Assembly (NCBI GenBank): GCA_963653425.1
Contig: CAVJWC010000001.1
Location: forward strand, 279,430 to 343,429
Length of the DNA stretch: 64,000 nucleotides
Direction: 5' to 3'
Origin: Eubacterium sp.
GTDB lineage: Bacteria; Bacillota; Clostridia; Christensenellales; CAG-314
The position numbers and the translations under genes were made by a program. Shown here in pieces: positions 1 to 8,500 of the stretch. Position 1 is the first letter of the stretch, and each line of letters starts with the position of its first letter. The notes beneath the pieces were generated by a model. The model saw nothing but the letters and a program-made list of their open reading frames with translations, made no database searches and was not told where the DNA came from.

Positions 1-34
1 GCTTTACGGATTTCCGCAGAGCCTTTGCTTTTAT

Positions 35-62
35 AAAAAAAGAATCCGACGGAATCGGACTC
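35..62 (-). terminator. Intrinsic terminator downstream of ruvA
   Basis: Minus strand reads GAGTCCGA-TTCCG-TCGGATTC followed by TTTTTTT. This is an 8-bp stem (one G-U pair) plus a U-run, about 45 nt after the ruvA stop. Confidence 0.7.
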
Positions 63-108
63 TCGTAGGTTTATATAGCGTTGAGTTTGAACGCATAGTC
101 TGAGATTA

Positions 109-717
109 TCAGGCGTTATGCTTTATCGCGTATCTGATTATATCTTCGGAAGAAGAGCAACCGTCTTTAACGGCGTTGCCTATGTGGCGCTGAGCTTCGT
201 TTCTGGTCATTCCGAGAGAAAGCAGGACGGTAAGAGCTTCTGCGGTCGCGCCCGTGGAAAAAGACTGAGGTTCCAAAGCAGAAACGCCACGCTTGGAGGT
301 AAGCAAAACGTCCATAGGCGAAATCTTACCTTTAAGCTCAAGGACGATACGCTCGGCGGTCTTTTTGCCGAGACCTTTTATGCGAACGAGACTTGCGGTG
401 TCTTCGGTAACGATAGCCGAACGAAGGTCGTCGCACCTCATGCCCGAAAGAATCTGAAGGGCGACTTTCGGACCTACTCCGTTTACGGAAATAAGCATTA
501 AAAACATCTGCTTTTCTTCCGTGGTGGAAAAACCGAAAAGCGAAATATCGTCTTCCCTGACCTGCATATAAGTGTAGACGGTAACGGTATCTCCGATTAC
601 GGAAAAATCCGACAGAGTTTTGTTCGAAACGTTGATTTCGAAGCCCATTCCGTTATTGGACACGACAAGCAGTCCGTCTTCTACTCTGACTACTTCTCCC
701 GAAATAAAATTGATCAT
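109..717 (-). CDS. ruvA: Holliday junction branch migration protein RuvA
   Basis: 202-aa ORF. N-terminus MINFISGEV..., tandem helix-hairpin-helix segments (VNGVGPKVALQIL, IKGLGKKTAERIVLELK). Lies directly downstream of ruvC. Confidence 0.9.
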   Translation of the reverse strand: MINFISGEVVRVEDGLLVVSNNGMGFEINVSNKTLSDFSVIGDTVTVYTYMQVREDDISLFGFSTTEEKQMFLMLISVNGVGPKVALQILSGMRCDDLRSAIVTEDTASLVRIKGLGKKTAERIVLELKGKISPMDVLLTSKRGVSALEPQSFSTGATAEALTVLLSLGMTRNEAQRHIGNAVKDGCSSSEDIIRYAIKHNA

Positions 718-831
718 AACTACTCCGCTTTTCCGAGCGTGACGTTCTTTATCGCCCGTTATCTCGGGCGTTCCGTTTTTTATCGCCGATTACATCGGTA
801 ATTGCTTTTAATTCACCGAAAAACGTCAGGC

Positions 832-1320
832 TTACATCTCTCTGCTTCTCATTTTTCTTGACTGGGCGTGCGTCAAAGCCACGGCAAGAGCGTCCGCGGC
901 GTCGTCGGGACGGGGAATCTTATCGAGCGACAGATAATTCTTTACCATAGCCTGAATCTGATGTTTGTCGGCTCGTCCGTAACCCGTCATGGCTATCTTT
1001 ACCTGAAGGGGCGTATATTCGAAAAGCCGTCCGCATTGCTTTACCGCGCTCACTATAAGAACGCCTCTCGCTTCCGCGACTTTAATGCCCGTCGTGATGT
1101 TGGTGTTGAAAAACAATTCCTCCATCGCAATCTCGTCGGGCTTAAAGTTTGTTATAAGGCTGTCCGCCGCCTCGGAAATCATAGCCAGTCTCACCGGCAC
1201 GCTTTCTTCTTTCGGAGTGGAAATTATGCCGTAATCAACGAGCCTGACAAATTTTTCTTCTACATCCAGCACCCCGTAACCTACAGTCGCAAACCCCGGG
1301 TCAAGACCAAGTATCCTCAA
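832..1320 (-). CDS. ruvC: Crossover junction endodeoxyribonuclease RuvC
   Basis: 162-aa ORF beginning MRILGLDPGFATVGYG (RNase H-fold catalytic Asp motif). Length and ruvC-ruvA synteny fit. Confidence 0.9.
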   Translation of the reverse strand: MRILGLDPGFATVGYGVLDVEEKFVRLVDYGIISTPKEESVPVRLAMISEAADSLITNFKPDEIAMEELFFNTNITTGIKVAEARGVLIVSAVKQCGRLFEYTPLQVKIAMTGYGRADKHQIQAMVKNYLSLDKIPRPDDAADALAVALTHAQSRKMRSREM

Positions 1321-1322
1321 AA

Positions 1323-2066
1323 TTATTCTTCCTCGTCTTCTTCTTCGGGAAGGTCAACGTTATGGAATACTTTCTGAACGTCGTCGTTGTCTTCCATAGC
1401 TTCGATCATTTTCTCGAATTTTTCAAGGTTTTCGCCTTCGAGCGTAACGAGATTCTGCGGAAGCCATTCCATACCCGCGGAAATAAGCGTAAAGCCCTGC
1501 TGTTCGAAGAAACGTCTTACGAAAGAAATGTTGGCCTGCGTGGTATAAACTTCGAACACGTCGTCTTCTATGCTTACGTCGTCCGCTTCGGCAGCAAGAA
1601 CCAATTCGTAAATTTCGTCTTCGCTCTTATCGTTTCTTTCGCAAACGACTACGCCCTTTCTGTCAAACATATAAGATACGCAGTTGCTGGTACCCATCGC
1701 TCCGCCGAATTTATCGAAATAATGTCTTACTTCTCCGGCAATACGGTTTTTGTTATCGGTAAGAACTTCTATAATTACCGCGGAACCGCCTATTCCGTAT
1801 CCTTCGTAAAGCATGTTTTCGTAGTTGATGGCGCCGAGTTCGCCCGCGGCTTTCTTTATGCTTCTGTTGATATTGTCGTTGGGCATATTGTTCATCTTAG
1901 CGTTTGCGATTGCATCGTAAAGCTTACTGTTGCTTGCGGGATCGCTTCCGCCGAGTTTAACTGCAACCGCAATTTCTCTGCCTATTTTCGTGAAAATCTT
2001 CGACTTAGCCGCGTCGCCTTTTGCTTTCTTATTCTTTATATTCGCCCATTTGCTATGTCCGGACAT
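1323..2066 (-). CDS. yebC: YebC/PmpR family DNA-binding transcriptional regulator
   Basis: Family-typical N-terminus MSGHSKWANIKNKKAKGDAAKSKIF. I place the start at the internal ATG at 2066, which has GGAGG 7 nt upstream. The ORF-track start at 2120 has no RBS. Confidence 0.9.
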   Translation of the reverse strand: MSGHSKWANIKNKKAKGDAAKSKIFTKIGREIAVAVKLGGSDPASNSKLYDAIANAKMNNMPNDNINRSIKKAAGELGAINYENMLYEGYGIGGSAVIIEVLTDNKNRIAGEVRHYFDKFGGAMGTSNCVSYMFDRKGVVVCERNDKSEDEIYELVLAAEADDVSIEDDVFEVYTTQANISFVRRFFEQQGFTLISAGMEWLPQNLVTLEGENLEKFEKMIEAMEDNDDVQKVFHNVDLPEEEDEEE

Positions 2067-2137
2067 ACTTATTCCTCCGTGGTTTTTTCTTATTTTATCA
2101 TATTTGATCCGTAATGTCAATTTTTACGCGTTCGTTT

Positions 2138-2890
2138 TCAGCCTCTTACCGCACCCGAAAGAGCGTACATAAGGACGCCTGCCGAAACCGCGACGTTAAA
2201 ACTTTCCAGCCCGTTTTCCATGGGAATGGCGACCGTTCTGCCACAGGCTTTTTTTGCCTTTTCCGTAACGCCGTTGCCTTCGTTCCCCAAAAGAAGAGTG
2301 TGTTTTAAGGGAAGGTCTTTGATTTTTCTGACGTTTTCTCCGTCCATATCGGCGCAAATCAGAAGACTGTCCGAATTTGCCTCTATCGCTTCTTCCAAGG
2401 AACATTCGTATATCCTTAAAATAAACTGAGCGGACATTGCCGAACGAAGACATTTCATCGAAAAGGGATCGGCGGAAGACACTATATAGGCGTCGTTGTA
2501 ACCCATACCGGCAGCCGTTCTTAAAACGGCTCCGACGTTGGCGGGATCCTGAACGTTTTCGAGAATAAGCGCGCTTCCTGCGGGCGCAGTGAGCCGTCTT
2601 TCGGCTTTTCTGCATACGGCGACTATACCCTGCGGGGTAACCGTTTCCGAAAGTGCGGATATAAACTTCTCGTCCATTTCGTAAACGCTCCCGAACTTAT
2701 CCGCAAAACGGGAAAAACGCTCCGCTTTGTCTTTGTCTATAAAGAGCGTTTCTACCTCTGCGTTAAGTCTTATCGCGTCGGACACAAGTTTTTCGCCTTC
2801 GATAAGAAACAGCCCCGTTTCCGCGCGGTATTTCTTTTCGGTGAGTTTTTTGGCATTTATATAGTTTTTATTGCTTCCCGTTATAAACAT
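2138..2890 (-). CDS. TrmH/SpoU family RNA 2'-O-methyltransferase (RlmB/YsgA-like)
   Basis: 250-aa ORF with SpoU-type motifs: ENVQDPANVGAVLRTAAGMG, LLLGNEGNGV, IPMENGLESFNVAVSAGVLMY. Confidence 0.75.
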   Translation of the reverse strand: MFITGSNKNYINAKKLTEKKYRAETGLFLIEGEKLVSDAIRLNAEVETLFIDKDKAERFSRFADKFGSVYEMDEKFISALSETVTPQGIVAVCRKAERRLTAPAGSALILENVQDPANVGAVLRTAAGMGYNDAYIVSSADPFSMKCLRSAMSAQFILRIYECSLEEAIEANSDSLLICADMDGENVRKIKDLPLKHTLLLGNEGNGVTEKAKKACGRTVAIPMENGLESFNVAVSAGVLMYALSGAVRG

Positions 2891-2900
2891 TACGATAGTT

Positions 2901-2946
2901 AAAAAAAGCCTTCATAAAGGGAGCCGTGACTCCGATCTGAAGGCTT
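2901..2946 (-). terminator. Intrinsic terminator after rplT
   Basis: Minus strand: AAGCCTTCA ... TGAAGGCTT (9-bp stem with an inner hairpin) followed by TTTTTTT, just after the rplT stop. Confidence 0.6.
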
Positions 2947-2958
2947 ATCGCATTTTTT

Positions 2959-3312
2959 CTAATTAAGTTTGGACTTTGCCGTTTCCGCAAGTTTAGCGAA
3001 TGCCTGAGCGTCGGATACCGCAAGTTCGGCAAGAACCTTTCTGTTAAGATCGATACCTGCAAGCTTCAAACCGTGCATCATTTTGCTGTAAGAAAGACCG
3101 TTTGCGCGAGCGCCTGCATTGATACGGGCAATCCAGAGCTGTCTGAAATCACGCTTTTTCTGTTTTCTTCCCGCATAAGCGTAGTTGCCGGATTTCATTA
3201 CCGCCTGACGGGCGATTCTGTAGTTAGTGCTTTTAAGGCCAAAGTAACCTTTAGCGAGTTTCAATATCTTTCTGCGTTTTTTAACCGCGTTTACACCACG
3301 TTTAATTCTCAT
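2959..3312 (-). CDS. rplT: 50S ribosomal protein L20
   Basis: 117 aa, [25 protein letters not shown]...; unmistakable L20 sequence in infC-rpmI-rplT synteny. Confidence 0.97.
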   Translation of the reverse strand: MRIKRGVNAVKKRRKILKLAKGYFGLKSTNYRIARQAVMKSGNYAYAGRKQKKRDFRQLWIARINAGARANGLSYSKMMHGLKLAGIDLNRKVLAELAVSDAQAFAKLAETAKSKLN

Positions 3313-3328
3313 TTTCTATTCCTCCCAA

Positions 3329-3523
3329 TCAATACGGCAACATGCGTCTTACGGTCGCTGCCTGTGCCTTGTCTACGTATGCGGCAGCACGAAGGTGGCG
3401 CGTTCTCTTGGTTGTTTTCTTGGTCAGAATGTGGTTTTTACCCATCTGAGCTCTCTTGACCTTTCCCGATTTCTTAACGGAAAAGCGTTTAGCGGATCCG
3501 CTATGAGATTTCTGTTTCGGCAT
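3329..3523 (-). CDS. rpmI: 50S ribosomal protein L35
   Basis: 64 aa, [24 protein letters not shown]...; typical L35, between infC and rplT. Confidence 0.97.
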   Translation of the reverse strand: MPKQKSHSGSAKRFSVKKSGKVKRAQMGKNHILTKKTTKRTRHLRAAAYVDKAQAATVRRMLPY

Positions 3524-3539
3524 TTATCTTTCCTCCATA

Positions 3540-4064
3540 TTACTTTTTATTGGTTATCGGCGCAAGGATCATAGTTACGTTACGTCCTTCTACGAGAGGC
3601 TGTTTTTCAACAGTCGCAACGTCCTTAAGAATCTCTGCAAACCGCGACACTACTTCTACTGCGCTTTTTGAATAAGTCGTCTGACGACCTCTCATTCTCA
3701 ACGAAACTTTTACTTTGTTTCCGTCGGCGATGAACTTAGCGGCGCTTTTAGCCTTCGTCTGCATGTCTCCGTCGTCGATGGTCATGGAAAGCCATATTTC
3801 TTTGAGTTCAACTATCTTCTGATTTTTACGGGCTTCCTTTTCTTTCTTGATCTGTTCGTAACGGTATTTGCCGTAATCCATAACCTTACATACGGGCGGA
3901 ACCGCGTTGGGTGAAATCTTGACCAAATCAAGCTGTTTTTCGTCGGCAATGGCAAACGCTTCTCTCAAAGAAACGACGCCTACCTGCGTACCGTCGGAAT
4001 CGATAAGGCGAACCTGCTCGTCTCTTATCTGATTGTTGATCTGAAGATCCTTAGTCTCCTTAAT
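3540..4064 (-). CDS. infC: Translation initiation factor IF-3 (ATT start codon)
   Basis: The ORF-track entry (3540..3968) starts at an internal TTG. The frame stays open upstream and encodes the conserved IF-3 N-domain (IKETKDLQINNQIRDEQVRLIDSDGTQVGVVSL...). It begins at ATT (4062-4064) with GGGGG about 10 nt upstream. Confidence 0.88.
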   Translation of the reverse strand: MKETKDLQINNQIRDEQVRLIDSDGTQVGVVSLREAFAIADEKQLDLVKISPNAVPPVCKVMDYGKYRYEQIKKEKEARKNQKIVELKEIWLSMTIDDGDMQTKAKSAAKFIADGNKVKVSLRMRGRQTTYSKSAVEVVSRFAEILKDVATVEKQPLVEGRNVTMILAPITNKK

Positions 4065-4200
4065 AGTCGTATACCCCCTTTGGATATGTAATAAAAAAGC
4101 GCGGACAAAAATCCGCGCCTATAACGTTGACCGAAATATAGGATAACCAAACGATACGAAAATCGGTTGGTGAGAAGCGGACTTCTGCTTGAGCTTTGTT
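4065..4200 (-). promoter_or_regulatory. infC 5' leader, candidate ribosomal protein L20 leader (attenuator type)
   Basis: About 135-nt leader between a near-consensus promoter and infC. It holds two hairpins (AGAAG-TCCG-CTTCT; CCAACCGAT...ATCGTTTGG) and a terminator hairpin. In Firmicutes this operon is controlled by an L20-binding leader; the assignment rests on position and architecture only. Confidence 0.5.
4093..4118 (-). terminator. Attenuator terminator inside the infC leader
   Basis: Minus strand GCGCGGA-TTTTTG-TCCGCGC followed by TTTTTT, about 30 nt upstream of the infC start. Confidence 0.7.
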
Positions 4201-4229
4201 ATTCTACCATAAAAAGTCTTCTTCGTCAA
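4201..4229 (-). promoter_or_regulatory. Sigma-A type promoter of infC-rpmI-rplT
   Basis: Minus strand TTGACG - 17 nt - TAGAAT, preceded by TGG (extended -10). Confidence 0.7.
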
Positions 4230-4419
4230 GCTTTTTAACGAAGTTTTTCGGGTAAAAACGCAAGAATTTTAAGTTTTTTAAGTTTTTTACGATTTTCGCC
4301 GTTCGTTTTCAGGCGTTCGGCGGAATTATCCGATCTTCTGGTTCCTTCCGCGCGCCGTATAAATTCCGCTTTCTTCCGCGCGACACGCAAAACAGCCGAC
4401 GGATAGAGATGCGGTTTTC

Positions 4420-4616
4420 GTTATTCCCCGGTTTATCGCTCCTTATCGGATGTTCCTTATCGGTTGTTCCTTGTTTCTGCTTGTTTGTTATTGCTTATCG
4501 GTTATTCCCTTTGTTATTGCTTATTCGTTGCTCTTTAGCAAGTGTTACTCTCTGTTATTCCTTATAGAGCGCTACTTTTTGTTAAGCCTTACAGAGTGTC
4601 CATTGGTTATTCCTTA
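4420..4616. repeat. Degenerate tandem-repeat tract (T/C-rich on plus strand)
   Basis: GTTATTCC at 4420, 4501, 4554 and 4606. CCTTATCGG at 4441 and 4455. A 15-mer TTTGTTATTGCTTAT at 4484 and 4510 (26-bp period). Lies between the possible YtxC-like gene and the infC promoter. Confidence 0.75.
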
Positions 4617-4620
4617 CTAA

Positions 4621-5370
4621 CTATTCGGAACGGGCAGGGAAAAGGTCGCTTATAAGAGAAAGGAATTCTTCCGAGAAAAGATGTTTGTCGCCCGTAACGG
4701 TCAGCCTTCTCGGCGCAAAGGTCACAAGCGTGAAAAGAATCTCCTCTTCTTCCGAGTAAGGCGCGGATTTCCAGAGACGAAGAGCGGGAACGGGCGCGCC
4801 GTTTTCGTCGTAAAGCGACGTTCTGTGAAGGTTTTTGTCCAGCGTCAGCTCTCCGTAAGCCGACGGAACGGAAGTTATCAGGTATTGAAGGAATTCCGTG
4901 CAAAGCTTATCGCCCGAAAGAAGAAAACCGTTGCCCTGAGTCACGGAAGCGATTTCGTCCCAACGATTTTTGAGTTTCCCGAGGCGGAAAAGAAACAGTC
5001 CGTCAAGGCTGAGTTCGGTAAGATTGTCGATTGCGGAATAGGCGATTTTCTTGTCGGCGGAATTATCAAAAATACTCATTGCGTTGACGAGAGTTCGGCT
5101 CAGCAGAGAATTTTTGAGAAATTTCAGCTTATCCGAAAGATAGTCGATTTTGAAGCCCAAAGCAATAGCTTCGGCGACCGCGCTTTTCACGCTCAAAGCC
5201 ACGCGTTCGCGGTATTCGTCCGAAACGCTCACGTCGAGATAACACCTGCCGTCGCTTTCGCTGAGTCGCTGAAAACCGTTCGCATTCGTCACCAAGTAGA
5301 AGAGATCGTCTTTAATTCGCCTTAAATAACCGCTTTTTGCGCTGTCGATATTTATAGAAAAGGTACACAT
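4621..5370 (-). CDS. Hypothetical protein, possibly YtxC-like sporulation protein
   Basis: 249-aa ORF with genome-typical codon usage. It sits upstream of infC, where B. subtilis has ytxC (there separated from infC by thrS). I recognise no catalytic motif, so the family call is from synteny and memory only. Confidence 0.35.
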   Translation of the reverse strand: MCTFSINIDSAKSGYLRRIKDDLFYLVTNANGFQRLSESDGRCYLDVSVSDEYRERVALSVKSAVAEAIALGFKIDYLSDKLKFLKNSLLSRTLVNAMSIFDNSADKKIAYSAIDNLTELSLDGLFLFRLGKLKNRWDEIASVTQGNGFLLSGDKLCTEFLQYLITSVPSAYGELTLDKNLHRTSLYDENGAPVPALRLWKSAPYSEEEEILFTLVTFAPRRLTVTGDKHLFSEEFLSLISDLFPARSE

Positions 5371-5413
5371 ACCACTTATTATATGCCCGAAATCGGGAAG
5401 TTAATCATGGGTA

Positions 5414-7981
5414 TCAGTAAGTCAATTCTTCTAAAAAGGCTGAAGAATTTATAACGCCGCATTTTTTGTCTATATAACTAATTTCTATTTTATTTGCAGC
5501 TTTCTTTCTTTGATTTTTATTAGTTACCCTCGGCTTATAAATCGTTATCCCGAAAGGCGTTGAAACATCCGCAACGTCTATTTTAACAACGCCCGTTTTA
5601 TCAATAATCGAGTATTCTTTTTCCAAACCTGCAACGTCAATTGAAATTTTGCCGGACGATATTTCCTCCCATTTTTTATAACACAAACAATAAATCGTGT
5701 TTTGCGGGAAAGAAATTTTATTGCTCCACTCCTTTCCGTCAACAGAATGCTGTACATAAAAGCATCGATACAACCCGTTTCCGTTGTTTCCAGTAGGATT
5801 AAAAACAATTTTATATCTGCCGACAACAAAAAGCATACAATATATAAACTTATCTTCTGTAAACGCAGTAAATTGATTGGTTGCGCCATAATATCCCACA
5901 GAACTGCCGTTCTCGTATTTTTCCAGATAAAATGTTTTGAAGCCGTCTGTTTCATCGACTGTAATTTCAGAAAAATGTATCGGCTGATTGTCACTTAAAA
6001 ATTCTTGCAACTCAGCTTTCTTGCCGTTTACGTAAAGCTCGACGTAATTCCCGCTTTCGGGGGCTTCGAATTTATCGGCAAAAAGCGCGGTTATTTCGAG
6101 AACGTCCGCGGTTTCGGGAAGGTCAAGTGCGCTCATCGAAATCGTGCAGGGGCTTTCGTCAAGCAGAGAATTCGTTTGATTATTAACGGTAAAACGCCTG
6201 AATTTATGGTCTTCGTCGGGCGTTGCGGTTAAAGTGAACGCGTCTTTGTAATTCACCGAATATTTATCGGCAGACAGTGATCCGAATTGACTCGGATTTG
6301 TTTTTATTTCGTAAAGCTTTTCGAAAACGGCTGTGATTTCATAATTTTTTACGGGCATTTCGCAAGAAATTTCGTCGGAATAAATATTTTCGTCCGCAAT
6401 CCAATAAAGAAATTTGTATTTTTCGCCGTTAAGATTAAAAGTCAGCGTAAACGTATTTTTGCAATAAATTTCCGTCTTTAAGTCAAAGAGCTTACCGTTG
6501 CAGAAAAAGTCTGCGGGAATACCGACAGGCGAATGCTTTTCGGTCTTATGAGAATAGAGAGACGGAATCAGCGTTAATTCAAAGGATTTATAATTAAAAA
6601 CGGCGAAAATTTCGACGTCTTCCCCGAGCATAACGAATTCTGACGGAATTTCCGCTCCGAGCCTCTCGAAACGACAAAATTCCGCAAAGTCAGAAGGCTC
6701 GAAATCGACATTATCGAGGCTAAACGGTTCATTATAGGGAAGAAACATTTCGATTTTGTCTTTCCCTGAAAAATTTTCTTCCTTGTTCTCGAAAAACTTC
6801 GGAATTATCGTCAGTTTGTACTTCATAACTTCCGTCGCGAATTCCACGGAAACGTCTTTTTCGGGCATAACGAAGCCCTTTTCATCCTCCGAAAAATCTA
6901 CGGAAATTTCGTTTTCACCGAAAAACATTTTGCAATCCGATAGCAAATAATGTTTTTCAGCCTGAGCGATTTTGTGAAAAGGAATGATTTTCCCTGCGCA
7001 GAAAGTAAATTCGTCTTTTACGGAAGTGTAGCCTTTTCCCTGTTTTACAGTCAGTTTATAGCCGATTTTTTCCTTTTCTTTGACGATTTCATAGCCTTTT
7101 TCGTCTACTTTGGCTTCTTCGACGACGTCGTGACTGTCGGAAATCACTTCACTTACGGGCAGATCGATTTTTTCGAAAAATTCTTTGGTTTTGTCGCCGA
7201 GATCGGGAATAAAAATGCGTTCAACGATCGTTTCGTCGCAATGATCGGTCAGCGGAGTTTCGAAAAAACCGTAAAAAAGAAGGAGTATGGAGAGTTTTTC
7301 ATCGGAAAAATGAAGCTTTCCGTCACGGAAAAACGCGACGTAACGAACGAAGTTCTCGAGTTTTTCGTCGATTTTAGCGTGATTCGTGTCGAATTTGACG
7401 TCGGGAAGGACGAAATCGCCACGCCGGCAACGCTCGATTTCGCGAACCAGCTTTTTCTCGCCGGCAATGACGAAACCTCCGTCGAAAATTTCTTCGGGTT
7501 CGCGCATAAAGTCGTAAGATTCGTAGTCGTCCGAACTGAAATTTATCGGAGGCGCGCTTTCACCGTCGATATTTATCAATTTATCGTCTGCAATCAGCTT
7601 CAAAAAGGCGCGTTTTTGAGTTTTATCGTAAAAAATACAGGCGTTTTTACTTTTCAGCACGACGTTTTTCAGAGAGAATTCGTCAAGTTTCTCTTTCAGC
7701 ATAAATGCCGAATCGGGCAGTCTGTTCTCGATTTTCAGCGTTTCGATGGCGCGGTTTATCGAAGCAAGGACGGCTTTGTCGGCGTTGAGCGAAGCTTTGT
7801 TGATTGACGAGAGGATTTTCGGAACCACCACTGCCGAAAGAATACCTATAATCACGATGACGGCAAGAAGTTCCACGATCGTAAAGCCAAGTATGAATAT
7901 TCGCGAATGGGTTATCTTTTGTTTTTCGTCGGCGTAAAGTTTTGTAGCGGAAAAGTTAACGTTTTTCATAAATTTCTTCAT
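5414..7981 (-). CDS. Large modular protein with prepilin-type N-terminal cleavage/methylation domain
   Basis: 855 aa. Residues 32-54 read G|FTIVELLAVIVIIGILSAVVVP (Gly-1, Phe+1, Glu+5 and a hydrophobic helix), which is a class III signal peptide. The C-terminal roughly 550 aa hold repeated beta-rich modules starting YKLTV, YKLTI, FELTL, FTLTF and FTLTA. These resemble InlB B-repeat / Listeria-Bacteroides repeat domains. Confidence 0.6.
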   Translation of the reverse strand: MKKFMKNVNFSATKLYADEKQKITHSRIFILGFTIVELLAVIVIIGILSAVVVPKILSSINKASLNADKAVLASINRAIETLKIENRLPDSAFMLKEKLDEFSLKNVVLKSKNACIFYDKTQKRAFLKLIADDKLINIDGESAPPINFSSDDYESYDFMREPEEIFDGGFVIAGEKKLVREIERCRRGDFVLPDVKFDTNHAKIDEKLENFVRYVAFFRDGKLHFSDEKLSILLLFYGFFETPLTDHCDETIVERIFIPDLGDKTKEFFEKIDLPVSEVISDSHDVVEEAKVDEKGYEIVKEKEKIGYKLTVKQGKGYTSVKDEFTFCAGKIIPFHKIAQAEKHYLLSDCKMFFGENEISVDFSEDEKGFVMPEKDVSVEFATEVMKYKLTIIPKFFENKEENFSGKDKIEMFLPYNEPFSLDNVDFEPSDFAEFCRFERLGAEIPSEFVMLGEDVEIFAVFNYKSFELTLIPSLYSHKTEKHSPVGIPADFFCNGKLFDLKTEIYCKNTFTLTFNLNGEKYKFLYWIADENIYSDEISCEMPVKNYEITAVFEKLYEIKTNPSQFGSLSADKYSVNYKDAFTLTATPDEDHKFRRFTVNNQTNSLLDESPCTISMSALDLPETADVLEITALFADKFEAPESGNYVELYVNGKKAELQEFLSDNQPIHFSEITVDETDGFKTFYLEKYENGSSVGYYGATNQFTAFTEDKFIYCMLFVVGRYKIVFNPTGNNGNGLYRCFYVQHSVDGKEWSNKISFPQNTIYCLCYKKWEEISSGKISIDVAGLEKEYSIIDKTGVVKIDVADVSTPFGITIYKPRVTNKNQRKKAANKIEISYIDKKCGVINSSAFLEELTY

Positions 7982-8220
7982 AATAGTATAAAAATGCGCT
8001 GTCGCTCAAAAACGCAAAATCTGTAGTGCGTTTTACGGGTAGAATTTTTTATAACGCAAACCCCACCTGCGCCGAGAATTACTCCGCAGGCAAGGATAAT
8101 AATCGGATTTTTCCCGATACGAAAACTGTTACAAGAAACAAAAAACGCGCACAGTTTACCTTAACGTCACTGTAAAGCAAACAAATGCTTGATTAAAAAG
8201 AGAACGTGTTGCATAAATGA

Positions 8221-8249
8221 TAATAACATATTTTTCGGTAGCTGTCAAA
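8221..8249 (-). promoter_or_regulatory. Sigma-A type promoter upstream of the prepilin-like gene
   Basis: Minus strand TTGACA - 17 nt - TATTAT with TGT just upstream of the -10. This gives a 5' UTR of about 230 nt. Confidence 0.55.
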
Positions 8250-8332
8250 GAAACGCCGTCGGTTTACGGGAAAATTTGTAAAAATAACGCAAAAATCGCG
8301 ACACTATCGAACAAAATGACGAAACAAAGGAT

Positions 8333-8356
8333 AAAAAGCCCTTGCGTGAAGGGCTT
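8333..8356 (-). terminator. Intrinsic terminator of the shikimate operon
   Basis: Minus strand AAGCCCTT-CACGC-AAGGGCTT followed by TTTTTAT, about 145 nt after the aroC stop. Confidence 0.7.
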
Positions 8357-8500
8357 TTCGGGAATTAAATAACGATTTTATACAACAAGTTGAGTTTCGG
8401 ATTTTCCGTTGGTTTACAGAAAAACCGTAAAATGACGTGAGCATCGGCAATATCTGCGGAATAGATTTTCCTTAAAAACTTCCGTCGTCATAAAAACGGC

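Noticed and set aside
2196-2615. 139-aa Arg/Ser-rich minus-strand ORF overlapping the TrmH-family gene in another frame
   Set aside because: It is an out-of-frame overlap with a gene carrying clear SpoU motifs, and its composition is typical of frame-shifted translation.
7982-8220. c-di-GMP riboswitch (GEMM-I/II) in the long UTRs of the prepilin-like gene and of the LRR lipoprotein gene (23497-23706)
   Set aside because: No GGCAAACC / ACGCAAAGC-type blocks (class I) and no class II pseudoknot signature were recognisable. Only generic hairpins are present.
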